DNA of 17,293 nucleotides from a virus: UHGV virus genome UHGV-1701501; one strand, 5' to 3'. Shown piece by piece: positions 16,487 to 17,293 of this stretch (position 1 is its first letter; each line of letters starts with the position of its first letter). The notes under the pieces were generated by a model. It saw only the letters and a program-made list of their open reading frames with translations, ran no database searches and was not told where the DNA came from. The position numbers and the translations under genes were made by a program.

Positions 16487-16852
16487 TTACAGTCCGATGA
16501 TGTCGTCCGCTCTGCCACTACCTCCGGACACCTCCGGCAGCGTCGGGTCCGGCATACCACCCGCCGCTTCACGAGCAGACTTTTGTCGATGGCATTCGGT
16601 ACAGAGCGTCCAGAGATTCGTCTCCTCATTACCACCACCGAACTGAAGTGCAATGCGGTGATCGAGTTCACTGTCACAGAGGTCAACCACACGACCACAG
16701 AGACGGCACTGCCCGGCGTCCCTGAGCCAGATATGACGCTTGAGGGAAACACGTGCACTGCCACTGACACGACGCTGTTCACCCTTCAGAATATTCACCC
16801 GTCGGGTATTCAGTGTTTTGATTCTGCTCTGGAGTGTACGAAGCTCAGCCAT
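16487..16852 (-). CDS. HNH endonuclease (phage packaging-associated)
   Basis: 121-aa ORF with Cys pair (CRLCGR) and HNH core (…DHRIALQFGGGNEETNLWTLCTECHRQK…); immediately upstream of the terminase genes. Confidence 0.85.
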   Translation of the reverse strand: MAELRTLQSRIKTLNTRRVNILKGEQRRVSGSARVSLKRHIWLRDAGQCRLCGRVVDLCDSELDHRIALQFGGGNEETNLWTLCTECHRQKSAREAAGGMPDPTLPEVSGGSGRADDIIGL

Positions 16853-16893
16853 GTAAAATCCCCGTCATATGGCAATCAGTAAAGGAAATAAAT

Positions 16894-17094
16894 ATGTCAT
16901 CGAAAAACCGGACCCGCAGAACCACAACCCGCAATATCCGTTTCCCCAATCACATAATTGAACAGATCAACATCGCCCTTGAGCATAAAGGGTCCGGTAA
17001 CTTTTCAGCGTGGGTTATTGAAGCCTGCAGGAGAAGGCTGGCAACAGATGCAACGCATCTGCGCCCGGCCAGCATGACAAATAACGAGAAATGA
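16894..17094 (+). CDS. Small ribbon-helix-helix-like protein (possibly a DUF3950-type prophage protein), 66 aa
   Basis: ATG at 16894 with AAGGA 8-9 nt upstream; basic N-terminus (MSSKNRTRRTTTRN) then a strand-helix-helix-like segment (IRFPNHIIEQINIALEHKG…FSAWVIEACRRRL); divergent from the HNH gene. The 86-aa ORF-track version uses an upstream GTG that overlaps the HNH gene and was not adopted. Confidence 0.5.
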   Translation: MSSKNRTRRTTTRNIRFPNHIIEQINIALEHKGSGNFSAWVIEACRRRLATDATHLRPASMTNNEK

Positions 17095-17293
17095 ACGTTC
17101 GGTTACAGGAGCAGGTACCCACTGTCCTCCCACAATATTTCATCTTCATATCCGACGGAACAAGACTTACCCTGCCGGGATGTACAGAATAACAACAGAG
17201 TGATAATTAATTTCTGATGAAATAATCAGGGTGCAGAAGGACTAAAGATAAACGTTTTCTTCACGCCTTTACACGGCCTGTCCTTCTCAAATC

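Larger units (their letters stand above)
1..17293 (-). mobile_element. Lambdoid prophage late/morphogenesis module (packaging, head, head-tail joining, tail); both ends run past the window
   Basis: Co-linear minus-strand block of terminase, HK97-type capsid/portal and lambda-like V-G-T-H-M-L-K-I-J tail genes with overlapping or abutting start/stop codons. Confidence 0.85.

Noticed and set aside
16834-16893. Upstream GTG-initiated 86-aa version of the ribbon-helix-helix ORF
   Set aside because: The extension has no ribosome-binding site and overlaps the HNH gene start; the internal ATG at 16894 with AAGGA upstream is the more plausible start.
17095-17293. Possible 3' end of a minus-strand gene entering from beyond the window end, and an AT-rich stretch around 17190..17230
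   Set aside because: Only about 20 codons would be visible before a stop, with no recognisable motif; cannot be supported without sequence beyond the window.
1-17293. CRISPR arrays, tRNA/rRNA genes, integrase or att sites, insertion sequences
   Set aside because: No regularly spaced direct repeats with unique spacers, no cloverleaf-like or rRNA-like segments, and no transposase- or integrase-like ORFs were seen; the window looks like an uninterrupted structural module.

Overview
This window is a near-contiguous late (morphogenesis) module of a lambdoid siphovirus-type prophage, typical of enterobacteria. Almost all genes are on the minus strand. Read in the phage direction (high to low coordinate) the order is: HNH endonuclease, a putative cos region, small and large terminase subunits, a fused HK97-type prohead protease/major capsid protein, portal, a repeat-containing head-associated protein, four head-tail joining/neck proteins, then a lambda-like tail block (V, G/GT with a -1 frameshift, tape measure H, M, L, K, I and the 5' part of J, which runs off the window start). 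Gene calls rest on the supplied ORF translations and my recollection of lambda and HK97 protein families; no database search was run. The features not explained by the structural genes are: an AT-rich 237-bp insert between I and J with a sigma70-like promoter and an intrinsic terminator on the opposite strand (candidate small RNA moron); three near-identical hairpin/T-tract/AGGAGG cassettes in front of the capsid, major tail and tape-measure genes; an internally repetitive 299-aa protein after the portal; a repeat-rich putative cos region; and a small divergent ribbon-helix-helix-like ORF at the right edge. No tRNA, rRNA, CRISPR array, integrase or att site was seen.
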